This document shows, one piece after another, positions 9,715 through 18,255 of a stretch of DNA of 48,865 nt. The DNA is taken from positions 1 through 48,865 of the forward strand of contig JBFIML010000034.1 in the NCBI GenBank assembly GCA_041611735.1, in the 5' to 3' direction. The notes beneath the pieces are model-generated. The model was not told the origin of the DNA. It ran no database searches and worked only from the letters and a program-made list of their open reading frames with translations. Each line of letters starts with the position of its first letter. Positions within the stretch are counted from its first letter, which is position 1. This DNA is from Myxococcota bacterium (GTDB lineage: Bacteria > Myxococcota_A > UBA9160 > PR03). The position numbers and the translations under genes are program-made.

Positions 9715-10971
9715 ATGGCCGCCCCGCTGCCCTACGACCTTCCGACCGCGCTACGCCACGCTAGCGGGCGGGTCGCAGACTGCTCCGGAGGCGCCGTACT
9801 GCTGTTCGGCTGCGGAAGCGGGGGCGGAGAACCGCGGCTGCGGGCGGCTGCGGGCGTGTCCTCCCCGGATGCGGCCCGGGCGGCCGCCGCCTCCCTGTCC
9901 GAGCCGGTGCGGCAAGCGCTTCGCGACGGCATCGGGGTCGAGCTGGCGCCGATCCCGAGCCTCGGCGCCCGCGGGGTCGCGGGCACGCTGATCGTGCCGC
10001 TTCGCCTGGGCGTGCGGGTGCTGGGCGTCCTCGCCATCGGAACGCCCGAGCCCCCCGACGAAGCGGTCCTGCGGGGCGTGGAGATCCTGGCCGACGAGAT
10101 TTCGTTGCGGCTGGACCACTCCCGACTGTTCGAACAGCAGGTCGGGACGGAGCGAACGGCCGCCGCGGTGGTCCCAGTCCCGGGAAAGGACAAGGAAGAG
10201 GAGCTGCTTCGGCTCTCGGAGCGGCTGTTCGCCCAGGACATCGAATTGATGCGGAGTCAGGAGAAGCTCGGCAAGGTCGAGCGGCTCAAGAACGATTTCA
10301 TCGAGAAGATGTCCCGGGAGCTACGCACGCCGTTGAACGGCATCATCGAAGCGATCATCGCCGTCCTGGCGGGCGAGAACGATGCGCTCTCCGATTCGGC
10401 GCGCCAGACGCTTCGCTGCGCCCTGGACGACGGCACCGCCTTCCTGCGTACGCTGCAGAACATCCTGGACCTGTGGCGCATCAAGCAGAACGAGCTTCCC
10501 GTGGAGATCCAGGACGTGAACTTCCGCGAGGTGGTCGAGGAGGCCATCTTCAGTGTCCAGGACGTCCTCGATGCCAAGCCGGTGACGATCGAGAAGCGCC
10601 TCCACGAGCCGATGCCGAAGATCCGCACCGATCTGGCCAAGATCAACCAGATCCTGTTCCTCCTGCTTGAGAACGCGGTCAAGTTCACCCTCAAGGGTGG
10701 CATCACGATCGAAGCCCGCCTCGAGGACGAGCACCTGGTCTGCGAGGTGGCGGACACGGGCATCGGCATCTGCCCGGACGATCAGCAGTTCGTCTTCGAC
10801 GAGTTCTACCAGGTGGACGACCCGGCCTCGACCCGCTATCGGGGCTCGGGGCTCGGGCTGGCCCTGGTGCGCGACCTGCTCGAACTCCTGGACGGGGAGG
10901 TCTCCGTGTCGAGCGAGCCGGGAGTCGGGAGCAGCTTCCACTTCCGGGTTCCCGTCCAGATCGTCGGCTGA
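9715..10971 (+). CDS. GAF-like + HisKA-like + HATPase_c protein; atypical (pseudo) histidine kinase
   Basis: H-box reads MSRELRTPLNGI (His replaced by Arg). N-box ENAVKF, G1 DTGIGI, F-box FDEF and G2 GSGLGL are intact. Confidence 0.85.
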   Translation: MAAPLPYDLPTALRHASGRVADCSGGAVLLFGCGSGGGEPRLRAAAGVSSPDAARAAAASLSEPVRQALRDGIGVELAPIPSLGARGVAGTLIVPLRLGVRVLGVLAIGTPEPPDEAVLRGVEILADEISLRLDHSRLFEQQVGTERTAAAVVPVPGKDKEEELLRLSERLFAQDIELMRSQEKLGKVERLKNDFIEKMSRELRTPLNGIIEAIIAVLAGENDALSDSARQTLRCALDDGTAFLRTLQNILDLWRIKQNELPVEIQDVNFREVVEEAIFSVQDVLDAKPVTIEKRLHEPMPKIRTDLAKINQILFLLLENAVKFTLKGGITIEARLEDEHLVCEVADTGIGICPDDQQFVFDEFYQVDDPASTRYRGSGLGLALVRDLLELLDGEVSVSSEPGVGSSFHFRVPVQIVG

Positions 10972-10990
10972 CCGGAGCCCGGGGCGAGGC

Positions 10991-11203
10991 TCAGGACTCC
11001 TCGGTCTCCTGGGCCGGGAAGTCCGGCCGGATGAACCCGGCGGCGATCTCCCGCAGGGACGTCACCACTTCCTTGTTCTCGGACTGCGGCAGCAGCGCTC
11101 GCGCGCCCTTCCTGAGCTGCTTGGTCCGGATCGCAGCCATCAGCACCAGGTGGAAGCGATTCGGGACCTGCTCGATGCAGTCCTCGACCGTGATGCGCGC
11201 CAT
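10991..11203 (-). CDS. rpoZ: RNA polymerase omega subunit
   Basis: MARITVEDC...[16 protein letters not shown]...SLREIAAG. Confidence 0.97.
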   Translation of the reverse strand: MARITVEDCIEQVPNRFHLVLMAAIRTKQLRKGARALLPQSENKEVVTSLREIAAGFIRPDFPAQETEES

Positions 11204-11341
11204 GGAAGGGCCCCCGCGTGGGTGGATCGGGCGACCGGAGGGTAGGAGACCGGCCCCGATGAGGAAACCCCGGCCGGCGTGGCCGCCGGCCGGGGTCCGA
11301 AGACCTTCCTCCGGGAAGGTATCGTGCTCGGTTCCTGCTCC

Positions 11342-11644
11342 CTAGAACATCGGCGGGAGCATGGAGGACTTGGTCGTCCGCCGAGCCTTCCTCCGCCGCG
11401 TGGCCTTCTTGCGGCGAGCCTTCTTGCGGCCACCGGCCTTCTTGCGACCGGCCTTCTTCCGCGTGCCCTTGCGGCGGCGCGTGGCCTTCTTGCGGCCGGC
11501 CTTCTTGCGGCGGGCCTTCTTGCGGCCAGCCTTCTTGCGGCGGGCCTTCTTGCGACCGGCCTTCTTCCGCGTGCCCTTGCGGCGGCGCGTGGCCTTCTTG
11601 CGGGTCGCCTTCTTCCGCGTAGCCTTCTTACGACGAGCTGCCAT
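11342..11644 (-). CDS. Histone H1/protamine-like Lys/Arg-rich protein (100 aa)
   Basis: MAARRKKATRKKATRKKAT... with pentapeptide repeats; GGGGG RBS-like run before ATG 11644. Confidence 0.85.
   Translation of the reverse strand: MAARRKKATRKKATRKKATRRRKGTRKKAGRKKARRKKAGRKKARRKKAGRKKATRRRKGTRKKAGRKKAGGRKKARRKKATRRRKARRTTKSSMLPPMF
11385..11635 (-). repeat. Imperfect 15-nt tandem repeat encoding RKKA(T/G/R), with a larger internal duplication
   Basis: Recurrent ggccttcttgcg units; RKKATRRRKGTRKKAGRKKA occurs twice. Confidence 0.9.
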
Positions 11645-11768
11645 ACCTGGGTTTCCCCCCTGTTTCGTGGTCTCCAGCTCCGCGACCCATGGGGCCTGGA
11701 AGCGGGCGGCTCCCAGCCGCTGCTCGCCGGCCCCTGCGTTGCCTCGGGGGCCGCGTCGCTTGCCGCCC

Positions 11769-11796
11769 CTATCGGAGCCCGCAACCGGCGACTTGA
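11769..11796 (-). promoter_or_regulatory. sigma28/FliA-like promoter of the histone-like gene
   Basis: TCAA-16 nt-TCCGATAG. Confidence 0.55.
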
Positions 11797-12064
11797 AGGC
11801 AAACTGCCTCCGTTCCCGACGCAAACCGCAGCCCTAGAGCCACGTCTTGCGGGTGACGCTACCACCTGGTTTCGGGGGCCGTCAAGGCAGAAGCGCAAAA
11901 AAAACAGGCTTGTGGCCCCTGTAGCTGCGGAGGTTCGGACAGCTTGCCTTCCGAAGGGAGGCCCGGAGACGAGCCGGAACGGCCCGGCAACGAGGACGGA
12001 ACCGCTGGCGCGGCACCGTGGGCGGAAGGCCGTGGACCGGAATGCGTGGCGAGGGATCGGGGCC

Positions 12065-12157
12065 CTAGCGCTTGCGCTTGTGGCGCTGGCGCCTCAGAAG
12101 CTTGCGCTTCTTGTGCTTGCGCATCTTCTTCCGGCGCCACTTGACGACGCTGCCCAA
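12065..12157 (-). CDS. 30S ribosomal protein bS22 / AURKAIP1-COX24 domain peptide (30 aa)
   Basis: Manual translation from TTG: MGSVVKWRRKKMRKHKKRKLLRRQRHKRKR. Confidence 0.9.
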   Translation of the reverse strand: MGSVVKWRRKKMRKHKKRKLLRRQRHKRKR

Positions 12158-12224
12158 GGCATGGCCCCCGGCTCGAGGAGAAAGGTAGGGATAGGGGTTC
12201 GGGCCCGGGGCGTCAACGCCCGGC

Positions 12225-12704
12225 TCAGGCTGCACCCTCGGCGGCCCGAGCCGGCGCCGCCGGCGCCTCTCCGCGCAGCCGGCCGAGCATCCGATTCAGG
12301 GTGTGGCTGCGCGGCAGGAAGCCGAGGACGCGGCGCCGACGGACTCCCAGGCGCCGCAGCTCCTCGAGGATCGGTCCGTGGGTCGGGTCGAGCATGAGGC
12401 CGCGTCGGAGATAGCGGATGCCTTCGGTCTTGAAGCCGAAGGCCAGGTGGACCTGCGCGAGGTTGTGATAGACCTCCGGGTTGAAGAACTCCTCCTTGGC
12501 CGCTGCGCGGCACAGGTCCAGGGCGCGATCGAAGCGACGTTCCACCAGGGCGAGGCCGAGCCCGTAGAACGAGCGATAGCGGGCGCGGGACGGGTCGAGC
12601 TGGTGGGCGGTGCGGAAATGTTCGAAGGCCGCCGCGCGGTCTCCGTTGGCGAGCAGGGACCGGCCCCGCTCGAAGTACTCCTCTGCCGTGAAGCTGCTGC
12701 TCAT
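12225..12704 (-). CDS. Tetratricopeptide repeat protein
   Basis: MSSSFTAEEYFERG...LDPSRARYRSFYGLGLA...NPEVYHNLAQV; GGAGGAG RBS. Confidence 0.85.
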   Translation of the reverse strand: MSSSFTAEEYFERGRSLLANGDRAAAFEHFRTAHQLDPSRARYRSFYGLGLALVERRFDRALDLCRAAAKEEFFNPEVYHNLAQVHLAFGFKTEGIRYLRRGLMLDPTHGPILEELRRLGVRRRRVLGFLPRSHTLNRMLGRLRGEAPAAPARAAEGAA

Positions 12705-12769
12705 CTCTCCTCCGGGTCCGCCGGCACGCCGATGGGTGACGGGGCTCACGCAACCGGGGGGAAACGGAC

Positions 12770-12784
12770 GCAAACCGTGTGCCG
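12770..12784 (-). promoter_or_regulatory. sigma54 (-24/-12) promoter of the TPR gene
   Basis: CGGCACA-CGGT-TTGC with GG-N10-GC spacing, about 65 nt before the ATG. Confidence 0.5.
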
Positions 12785-12916
12785 GAACGCTCGGCCGTGC
12801 AGATCGGGTGCGCAACCCGGCGGCCGCAAGCCTCTTGGGCCGGCAGGCGCCGGGGCAGCCCCGGCCGCCCGGGGTTACCAGAACGTGCTCGGCGGGTTCG
12901 AAAGCGTGCCCGGAGC

Positions 12917-14737
12917 TCAGTAGCGGTCCAACAGCTCGAGCCGCTCCCCGGCGCGGAACTCCTCCCGCAGCGCTTCGTAGTCCTCGCGCCCGAAGCGGCG
13001 GAAGCGCCGGTCTCCACGGCGGCGCCACCACAGCGGCACATCGGGCAGCCGCCGCCGGTCGAAGTGGACCGCCTTGAGGGAGCGCACCAGGATCTTCTGG
13101 GTGCGGGTGAAGTCGAAGTCCTCCACGACCCGCACGAAATCGGGCACCCACTTGGGGTCCATGCCGCCGTGGGCGACCTGGCGCTGGCAGAAGTCGTAGA
13201 AGCCCTGGGGATCGAAAGCGACCCCGGGACGCAGCTTGAGCGCCACCATGACCAGCTCGTCCGAGACGGCGCAAGGCACCCCGTAGGCGGCCGCCAGCTC
13301 CACGTCCGGGTGCTCCTGGACCAGACGGGCCACCTGGGCCGCCGAGAAGTTCTCCCCGTCCTTGCGGATCCAGTCGTCGGTCCGCCCGTCGAAGAAGAGG
13401 TAGCGCTTGCCGTCCCGCACCAGGACGTGGCCCAGGTCGCCCGAGTGGTAGATGCCATCCCGGTACTTGGAGGCGTTGGCATCCGGGTTGTCGTAGTAGC
13501 CCTGGAAGAGGCTCGTGTCGGGAGCCATCCGGCAGATCTCGCCCACGCATTCCGCGTAGTTGAGGATCCGCCCGTCCGGGCCCAGCCGGGCCGGCGGACA
13601 CTCCTGGCCGCGCTCGTTCAGGATCTTCACCTGCGGGTCGGGGATCTCCCCCACGCTCCCGCGCGGATCGCCCTTGACTCGCACGGTGCTGATGGCGGCT
13701 TCGGTGGAGCCGTACAGCTCGAACATGTCCTCGAGACCCAACCAGCGTACGAAGCGGTCGATGTCCGGCGGCGAGGCTCCGTTGCCCATGGCATAGCGGA
13801 AGCGGTTGGCCGGGTTGCGGGCCACCTCCGCCAGGATCCGCTCTTCGTCGCCCCCGTATTGCCGTTCCAGGGCCCCGAGCACGTAGTGGACCGGCTCGCC
13901 CACGTAGTTCCACCACGTCACGCCGTAGTGCAGCAGGTCGGGAACGAAGCCGCCGGCGCTGAAGCGCTCGCGGACGGCGAGGCCGGCACAGGCCTCGAGG
14001 GCGGGCTGGAAGCCGATGAACAGGGTGTTGGAGTGGAACAGGGGCATGCAGGCATAGCCCACGTCGTCCGGCGTGAGCTCCAGGCGACGCGCGACCACCT
14101 TGCCCAGCACGTAGAGCTTCAGATGGTTGTTGTTGATGCCCTTGGGCAGACCCGTGGTGCCGGAGGTGTAGATCACCATCAGGTTCGTGTCCGGTGCCAC
14201 GTCGACCCGCGGCGGGTCGAGAGATTCACCGGGCTTGGCGATCTCGCTCGCCACGCACTCGGCGAGGTCGCGCTCGGCGAGGTCCGCCTCGCCCTGGGTG
14301 CGGAGGACGAGGAGGTTCTCCGGAGGCACGCTCCGCAGCCGGTCGGCGACCCGCTCCACCTCCGGCAGGAGCCGCTCGTCCACCACCAGCAGCCGCGCCC
14401 GGGATTGCTCGATCACCCCGGCCAGGGTGTCACCGCGCAGGCCGGTGTTGAGGCCGAAGAGGGAGAGCCCCGCATACCCGCAGGCCCCGTACAGGGCCAG
14501 CAGCTCCAGGTGGTTCTCGAGCAGCATGGCCACGTGCCCCGGGTGGCGCTCGTCCACGCGGCCGAGGCGGTGCAGCAGGAAATGGGCCAGGCGCACGGAT
14601 TCGTCGCGAAAGCGGCGGTACGTCCAGCTGCGATCCCCCTGGCGCAGGAAGACCCGCTCGCCGACCTCCGGGTGCAGCGCTCGCACCTCGATCTGGGCTC
14701 CGAGGGTCGGGGGCGCTTCGAACTCCAGGGGGGGCAC
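12917..14737 (-). CDS. AMP-binding acyl-CoA synthetase (FadD17/FadD1-like)
   Basis: IYTSGTTGLPKG, PLFHSN, YGSTE, YHSGDLG, GRTDDWIRKDGEN. Confidence 0.9.
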   Translation of the reverse strand: MPPLEFEAPPTLGAQIEVRALHPEVGERVFLRQGDRSWTYRRFRDESVRLAHFLLHRLGRVDERHPGHVAMLLENHLELLALYGACGYAGLSLFGLNTGLRGDTLAGVIEQSRARLLVVDERLLPEVERVADRLRSVPPENLLVLRTQGEADLAERDLAECVASEIAKPGESLDPPRVDVAPDTNLMVIYTSGTTGLPKGINNNHLKLYVLGKVVARRLELTPDDVGYACMPLFHSNTLFIGFQPALEACAGLAVRERFSAGGFVPDLLHYGVTWWNYVGEPVHYVLGALERQYGGDEERILAEVARNPANRFRYAMGNGASPPDIDRFVRWLGLEDMFELYGSTEAAISTVRVKGDPRGSVGEIPDPQVKILNERGQECPPARLGPDGRILNYAECVGEICRMAPDTSLFQGYYDNPDANASKYRDGIYHSGDLGHVLVRDGKRYLFFDGRTDDWIRKDGENFSAAQVARLVQEHPDVELAAAYGVPCAVSDELVMVALKLRPGVAFDPQGFYDFCQRQVAHGGMDPKWVPDFVRVVEDFDFTRTQKILVRSLKAVHFDRRRLPDVPLWWRRRGDRRFRRFGREDYEALREEFRAGERLELLDRY

Positions 14738-14813
14738 GCGCAAGCTTCTCCGTCTCGCTGCCGGCGGGCCGGGGCGTCGCCCGTAGCGACACCACCGTGG
14801 GCGGCGAGATCGT

Positions 14814-15053
14814 TCAGTGCTCGATGATCTCGAGGATGTAACGCTTCTTTTCTTTGCCGCTGGCGGCAGCCATGAGCGCGCGGATCGCAGAGGCGTGGGC
14901 CCCGCCCTTCCCGATCACCTTGCCGAGGTCTTCCTTCGCCACGCGAAGCTCGAGGACGTGAGCGTGCTCCCCGACCACCTCCTTGATCTGCACCTCGTCC
15001 GGCTTGTCGACCAGAGCCCTCACGATCGCCTCGATGAGCTGCTTCATCTGCAT
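14814..15053 (-). CDS. khpA: KH-domain RNA-binding protein KhpA
   Basis: MKQLIEAIVRALVDKPDEV...DLGKVIGKGG. Confidence 0.92.
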   Translation of the reverse strand: MQMKQLIEAIVRALVDKPDEVQIKEVVGEHAHVLELRVAKEDLGKVIGKGGAHASAIRALMAAASGKEKKRYILEIIEH

Positions 15054-15224
15054 CTGCGCCCCTCCCCAGCGCCCGTGCGGGCCGGTCGCGGGGTTGTCCT
15101 ATCCCCCCCCGGGTTTCGGCCCTGCTTTTCATGGTACCAGCTTCCGGTCCCCGAGCGTGATCCAACGCACGAGACGGGCCTCCTCAGACACGCGCGGGGG
15201 GGTGGAAAATCCCCCCGGCGCGCT

Positions 15225-15252
15225 TCAAGTTTTCCCCGGAGCGCTCCGATGC
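15225..15252 (+). promoter_or_regulatory. sigma28/FliA-like promoter of the ABC exporter
   Basis: TCAAGTTT-12 nt-TCCGATGC, 7 nt before GTG 15260. Confidence 0.55.
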
Positions 15253-15259
15253 GGGAAGC

Positions 15260-15925
15260 GTGTCGGGGGACGCCATCGCCGTGGAGGGGCTCTCCAGGGG
15301 GTTCGGGGCCCGGGAAGTCCTCCGGGGGCTCGAGCTGCGAGTTGGCTCGGGAGAGTGGATCGGCCTCGCCGGGGAGAACGGCTCCGGCAAGTCGACCCTG
15401 CTGCGAATCCTGGCCGGGCTGCTCGAGCCGGGTCGGGGCCGGGTCCGGGTGGCCGGCCTCTCCCCGGCCGGGGCTCGGGCCGCGGCCCGGGTGGGCTGGT
15501 GCGGCGGGGGCGACGGGGGCTTCTCGCGGCGACTTCCGCTGAGAGCCGACCTGGAGCTGCACGGGCGTCTGCTCGGACTCTCGGGTCGCGGCCTGGGTCG
15601 GCGGATCGAAGAGCTGGCGGAGCGGCTCGGCTTCGCCTCCCACCTCGGTCTGGCGGCGGAGCGCTGCTCCACGGGCCTGCGCCAGCGTGCGGCCCTGGCC
15701 CGCGCCCTGCTCCACGATCCGCCCGTGCTGCTCCTGGACGAGCCCCTGCGCGGCGTGGATCCCGCTTCTGCTCTGGGGCTGGCCGATGAACTGCGCCGCG
15801 CCCGGTCTCCCGCGAGCGCGGTCTGGGTGTCGCACTCCCCGGCGGAGTTCGCGCGCGTGGCGGACCGGGTGCTGGAGCTTCGAAGCGGACGCCTGGCGGG
15901 GGCGACGCGAGCCCGGGCCGCGTGA
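15260..15925 (+). CDS. ABC exporter ATP-binding subunit
   Basis: GENGSGKST, signature CSTGLRQR, LLLDEP, H-loop SH. Confidence 0.9.
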   Translation: MSGDAIAVEGLSRGFGAREVLRGLELRVGSGEWIGLAGENGSGKSTLLRILAGLLEPGRGRVRVAGLSPAGARAAARVGWCGGGDGGFSRRLPLRADLELHGRLLGLSGRGLGRRIEELAERLGFASHLGLAAERCSTGLRQRAALARALLHDPPVLLLDEPLRGVDPASALGLADELRRARSPASAVWVSHSPAEFARVADRVLELRSGRLAGATRARAA

Positions 15926-16731
15926 GACGCTTCACCCGCCAGATCCTGGCCTTCGGCCGGCGTGACCTCGCCCTGGAACGCAACGCCGCGCCCTCCCTGG
16001 CGCTCGGCCTGGGATCGGGCGTGCTGGGACTGCTCGCCTATCACTACGTGGGCCGGCTCGTCTCCGACGCTCCGCCGGCTCCCCTGGCCGGTGGCGGCTA
16101 CTTCCCGTTCGTGTGCACGGGCCTGATGGTGCAGCTCGTGACGGTTGCGTTCCTCGGCGCCATCGGGGGGGGGCTGGCCCGCGAGGCCGCCGAGGGCACG
16201 CTCGAGGCGGCGCTCGCCTCGTCGGCCTCGCCGGCAGCGCTGGTGATCGGACGCAGCCTGATGCCCACGGCCCTGGCGGGCCTCCAGGCTGGCCTGTACG
16301 GAACGGTGGGGGCCGTCGCTCTGGGCCTCGACCTCTCGGGCGCGAACCTGCCGGTGGCCGGCCTCGCCCTGGCCACGACGCTGGTCGGATGCGCGCCCTT
16401 CGGTCTGCTCGGCGCGGCGGCGTGGCTCGAGGTGCGCCGGCCCGGCCTGGTGACAACGCTGGTGGGCCTGGGCTTCGGGCTCGTGGGCGGGGTCTACTTC
16501 CCGCTGGCGTTGCTGCCGGAGCCCGTGGCCCGGGCAGCGGCCTGGATCCCCCTGGCCGCCGGGCTGGAGGCGGTTCGCGCCTCCCTGCTGGAGGGCGCAG
16601 GGCTGGTCCAGGTGGCGGCGCCGCTCGGCCGCGCCGCGCTCTCCGCGCTGCTCGGTCTGCCCCTCGGCCTGGCGCTGCTCGGCTGGGGCCTCGCCCGCGC
16701 CCGGCGCCGGGGCACGCTGGCCCTCGCGTGA
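15922..16731 (+). CDS. ABC-2 type exporter permease
   Basis: Six-TM pattern, REAAEGTLE, GGVYFPLALLP; GTGA overlap with the ATPase. Confidence 0.88.
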   Translation: MRRFTRQILAFGRRDLALERNAAPSLALGLGSGVLGLLAYHYVGRLVSDAPPAPLAGGGYFPFVCTGLMVQLVTVAFLGAIGGGLAREAAEGTLEAALASSASPAALVIGRSLMPTALAGLQAGLYGTVGAVALGLDLSGANLPVAGLALATTLVGCAPFGLLGAAAWLEVRRPGLVTTLVGLGFGLVGGVYFPLALLPEPVARAAAWIPLAAGLEAVRASLLEGAGLVQVAAPLGRAALSALLGLPLGLALLGWGLARARRRGTLALA

Positions 16732-17189
16732 GCCCAGGCGGCTCGGACGCCGCGGCGCAGCGGCGCTGACACCAGCGCGAGCCAGCGGCGCGGGGGAAGG
16801 TCCAGGCGTCGCCAGCGGGCTTCCGGAGCGGCGCTGCGCCGGGTCACCGCCACGCCAAGCACCCGCTCGGAACCGACCCAGCCATCGGGACGCGGCCGGC
16901 GGTCGCCGCGCAGCAGCCAGCGCTGCCCGCGGGCGCGCACGACCCGATGCAGCACCAGGCGGCTCCCGGCCAGGGCCAGCACCACATCGCCCCGACGGGG
17001 TGGCCGCGCCACGAGACACACGCAATCGCCGGGCCGGAGCGCCGGCACCATGGAGTGGCCCCACACCCGGAGCACGAGCGGGCCCGCGCGCAGGGCGCTC
17101 CCCAGGGCGTCCAGCGCCGCCGGCTCCGCCAGCGCGGCGGCCGGGTCGAGGCCGCGCGCCTCAGGCGGCGCAGGCCGCGGAGCCCGCAT
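16494..17189 (-). CDS. S24/S26 family peptidase (putative RiPP leader peptidase)
   Basis: GHSMVPALRPGD (Ser), LHRVV (His), LRGD...DG; no signal peptide; 3' end overlaps the convergent permease. Confidence 0.78.
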   Translation of the reverse strand: MRAPRPAPPEARGLDPAAALAEPAALDALGSALRAGPLVLRVWGHSMVPALRPGDCVCLVARPPRRGDVVLALAGSRLVLHRVVRARGQRWLLRGDRRPRPDGWVGSERVLGVAVTRRSAAPEARWRRLDLPPRRWLALVSAPLRRGVRAAWAHARASVPRRRARARPQPSSARPRGRPSSAESAARPSGAATWTSPAPSSREARTASSPAARGIQAAARATGSGSNASGK

Positions 17190-18057
17190 CGGGCAGCCAG
17201 ACGAAGCGCGCCACCCTGGCGTCCCGGGCGAAGCCGAGCCGCACGATCGGCACGCGCTCGGCCAGCGCCGCCGCCAGGGCGAGGGTACGGCGAGCCGCCG
17301 GCGGATCGTGCACCGGGGCGAAGGCGTTGCCGAGCACGGCCGCGGCGGCTGCCGCGCCGCGGAGCGGGCGCGCCACGTTGTCCGGGGCGTGGTGGATGGC
17401 ATAGATCGCCTCGAGAGGCGCCGAAGCGGCGAGCGAGAGGGGGGCATCCCCATGCCACGGGGTTCCGAAGACGCGGAAGCCGCTCGCGTCGGGACGGATC
17501 ACCACGCGGTCGTCGGAGAGCACCGCGGCCTCCGCGTGACGCTGCATGAGCCGGGCGAGGGTCGTCTTTCCGGCTCCGGACGGCCCCGTGAAGAGCCGCG
17601 CACGGCCCTGGCGCGTCACGCCGCAGGCGTGCACCAGGAGCCCTCCGGCCCGGGCCACGCGGTGCAGGAAGACCACTTCGTCCAGGGGGTAGGCGAGCGG
17701 GTAGTGGCATTCGCGCACGTAGAAGGAGTCCGGAGCGAGGGTCACCTCGCCGCGGCGGAAGCCCGCATCGAAGCGGGCCAGGCGCTGGAGGCGGCCCCGG
17801 ATGCGCAGGACGAACAGCCACTGGCGCCCATGGCGGACCACGTCGAAGATGCCCCCGCCGGAGTCGTAGTGGCGCAGGCCGCCCGGGGGCAGGCGGGGCT
17901 CTGCGATCCGCACCCGTACCCGCACGTCCGCCGGTTCCGCAGCCACGGCGAAGCGGCGCAGCGGGCCGTCGGGCCACTGCCAGGGCAGCTCCGGCGGCAC
18001 CTCCACCGCCAGGCGCAGCCCCGCCACGCCCAGCCCACGCCAGCGCCTGCGGGCCAC
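17161..18057 (-). CDS. HPr kinase-related P-loop kinase (RiPP-cassette type)
   Basis: LLVHACGV, LFTGPSGAGKTT, LSDDRVV, GTPWHG. Confidence 0.82.
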   Translation of the reverse strand: MARRRWRGLGVAGLRLAVEVPPELPWQWPDGPLRRFAVAAEPADVRVRVRIAEPRLPPGGLRHYDSGGGIFDVVRHGRQWLFVLRIRGRLQRLARFDAGFRRGEVTLAPDSFYVRECHYPLAYPLDEVVFLHRVARAGGLLVHACGVTRQGRARLFTGPSGAGKTTLARLMQRHAEAAVLSDDRVVIRPDASGFRVFGTPWHGDAPLSLAASAPLEAIYAIHHAPDNVARPLRGAAAAAAVLGNAFAPVHDPPAARRTLALAAALAERVPIVRLGFARDARVARFVWLPDAGSAACAA

Positions 18058-18060
18058 GGT

Positions 18061-18255
18061 CTAGGAGCCGATGTTCATGCAGAAGACCGTGGGCTGGCTC
18101 GACTGCTGGCAGGAGCCCGCGGCGCCGCCGAAGCCTCCCGTGCCCACGTCCATCTTGCAGTTGTCCGGGAAGCTGGCCATGACGTCCAGCTCCACCAGCC
18201 GCACCCGCGGCGCCGCGTAGGGACGGCGCGCCCGCGTCCGCTTGGCCTCGCTCAC
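18061..18255 (-). CDS. Putative RiPP precursor peptide (64 aa)
   Basis: MSEAKRTRARRPYAAPRVRLVELDVMASFPDNCKMDVGTGGFGGAAGSCQQSSQPTVFCMNIGS. GGAGG RBS; GTG overlaps the rSAM stop; YxxPxV leader; Cys33/49/59; C-terminal Ser. Confidence 0.85.
   Translation of the reverse strand: MSEAKRTRARRPYAAPRVRLVELDVMASFPDNCKMDVGTGGFGGAAGSCQQSSQPTVFCMNIGS

Noticed and set aside
11385-11635. CRISPR array or non-coding tandem repeat
   Set aside because: The 15-nt units have no unique spacers, keep frame and encode a K/R-rich protein; no cas genes are present.
11279-12397. Plus-strand ORFs with LLAAG / AFLR repeats
   Set aside because: Antisense readings of the histone-like and bS22 genes.
15196-15217. G7/C6 inverted repeat between khpA and the ABC exporter as a terminator
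   Set aside because: It lies between divergent genes, has no U-tract, and is low-complexity in GC-rich DNA.
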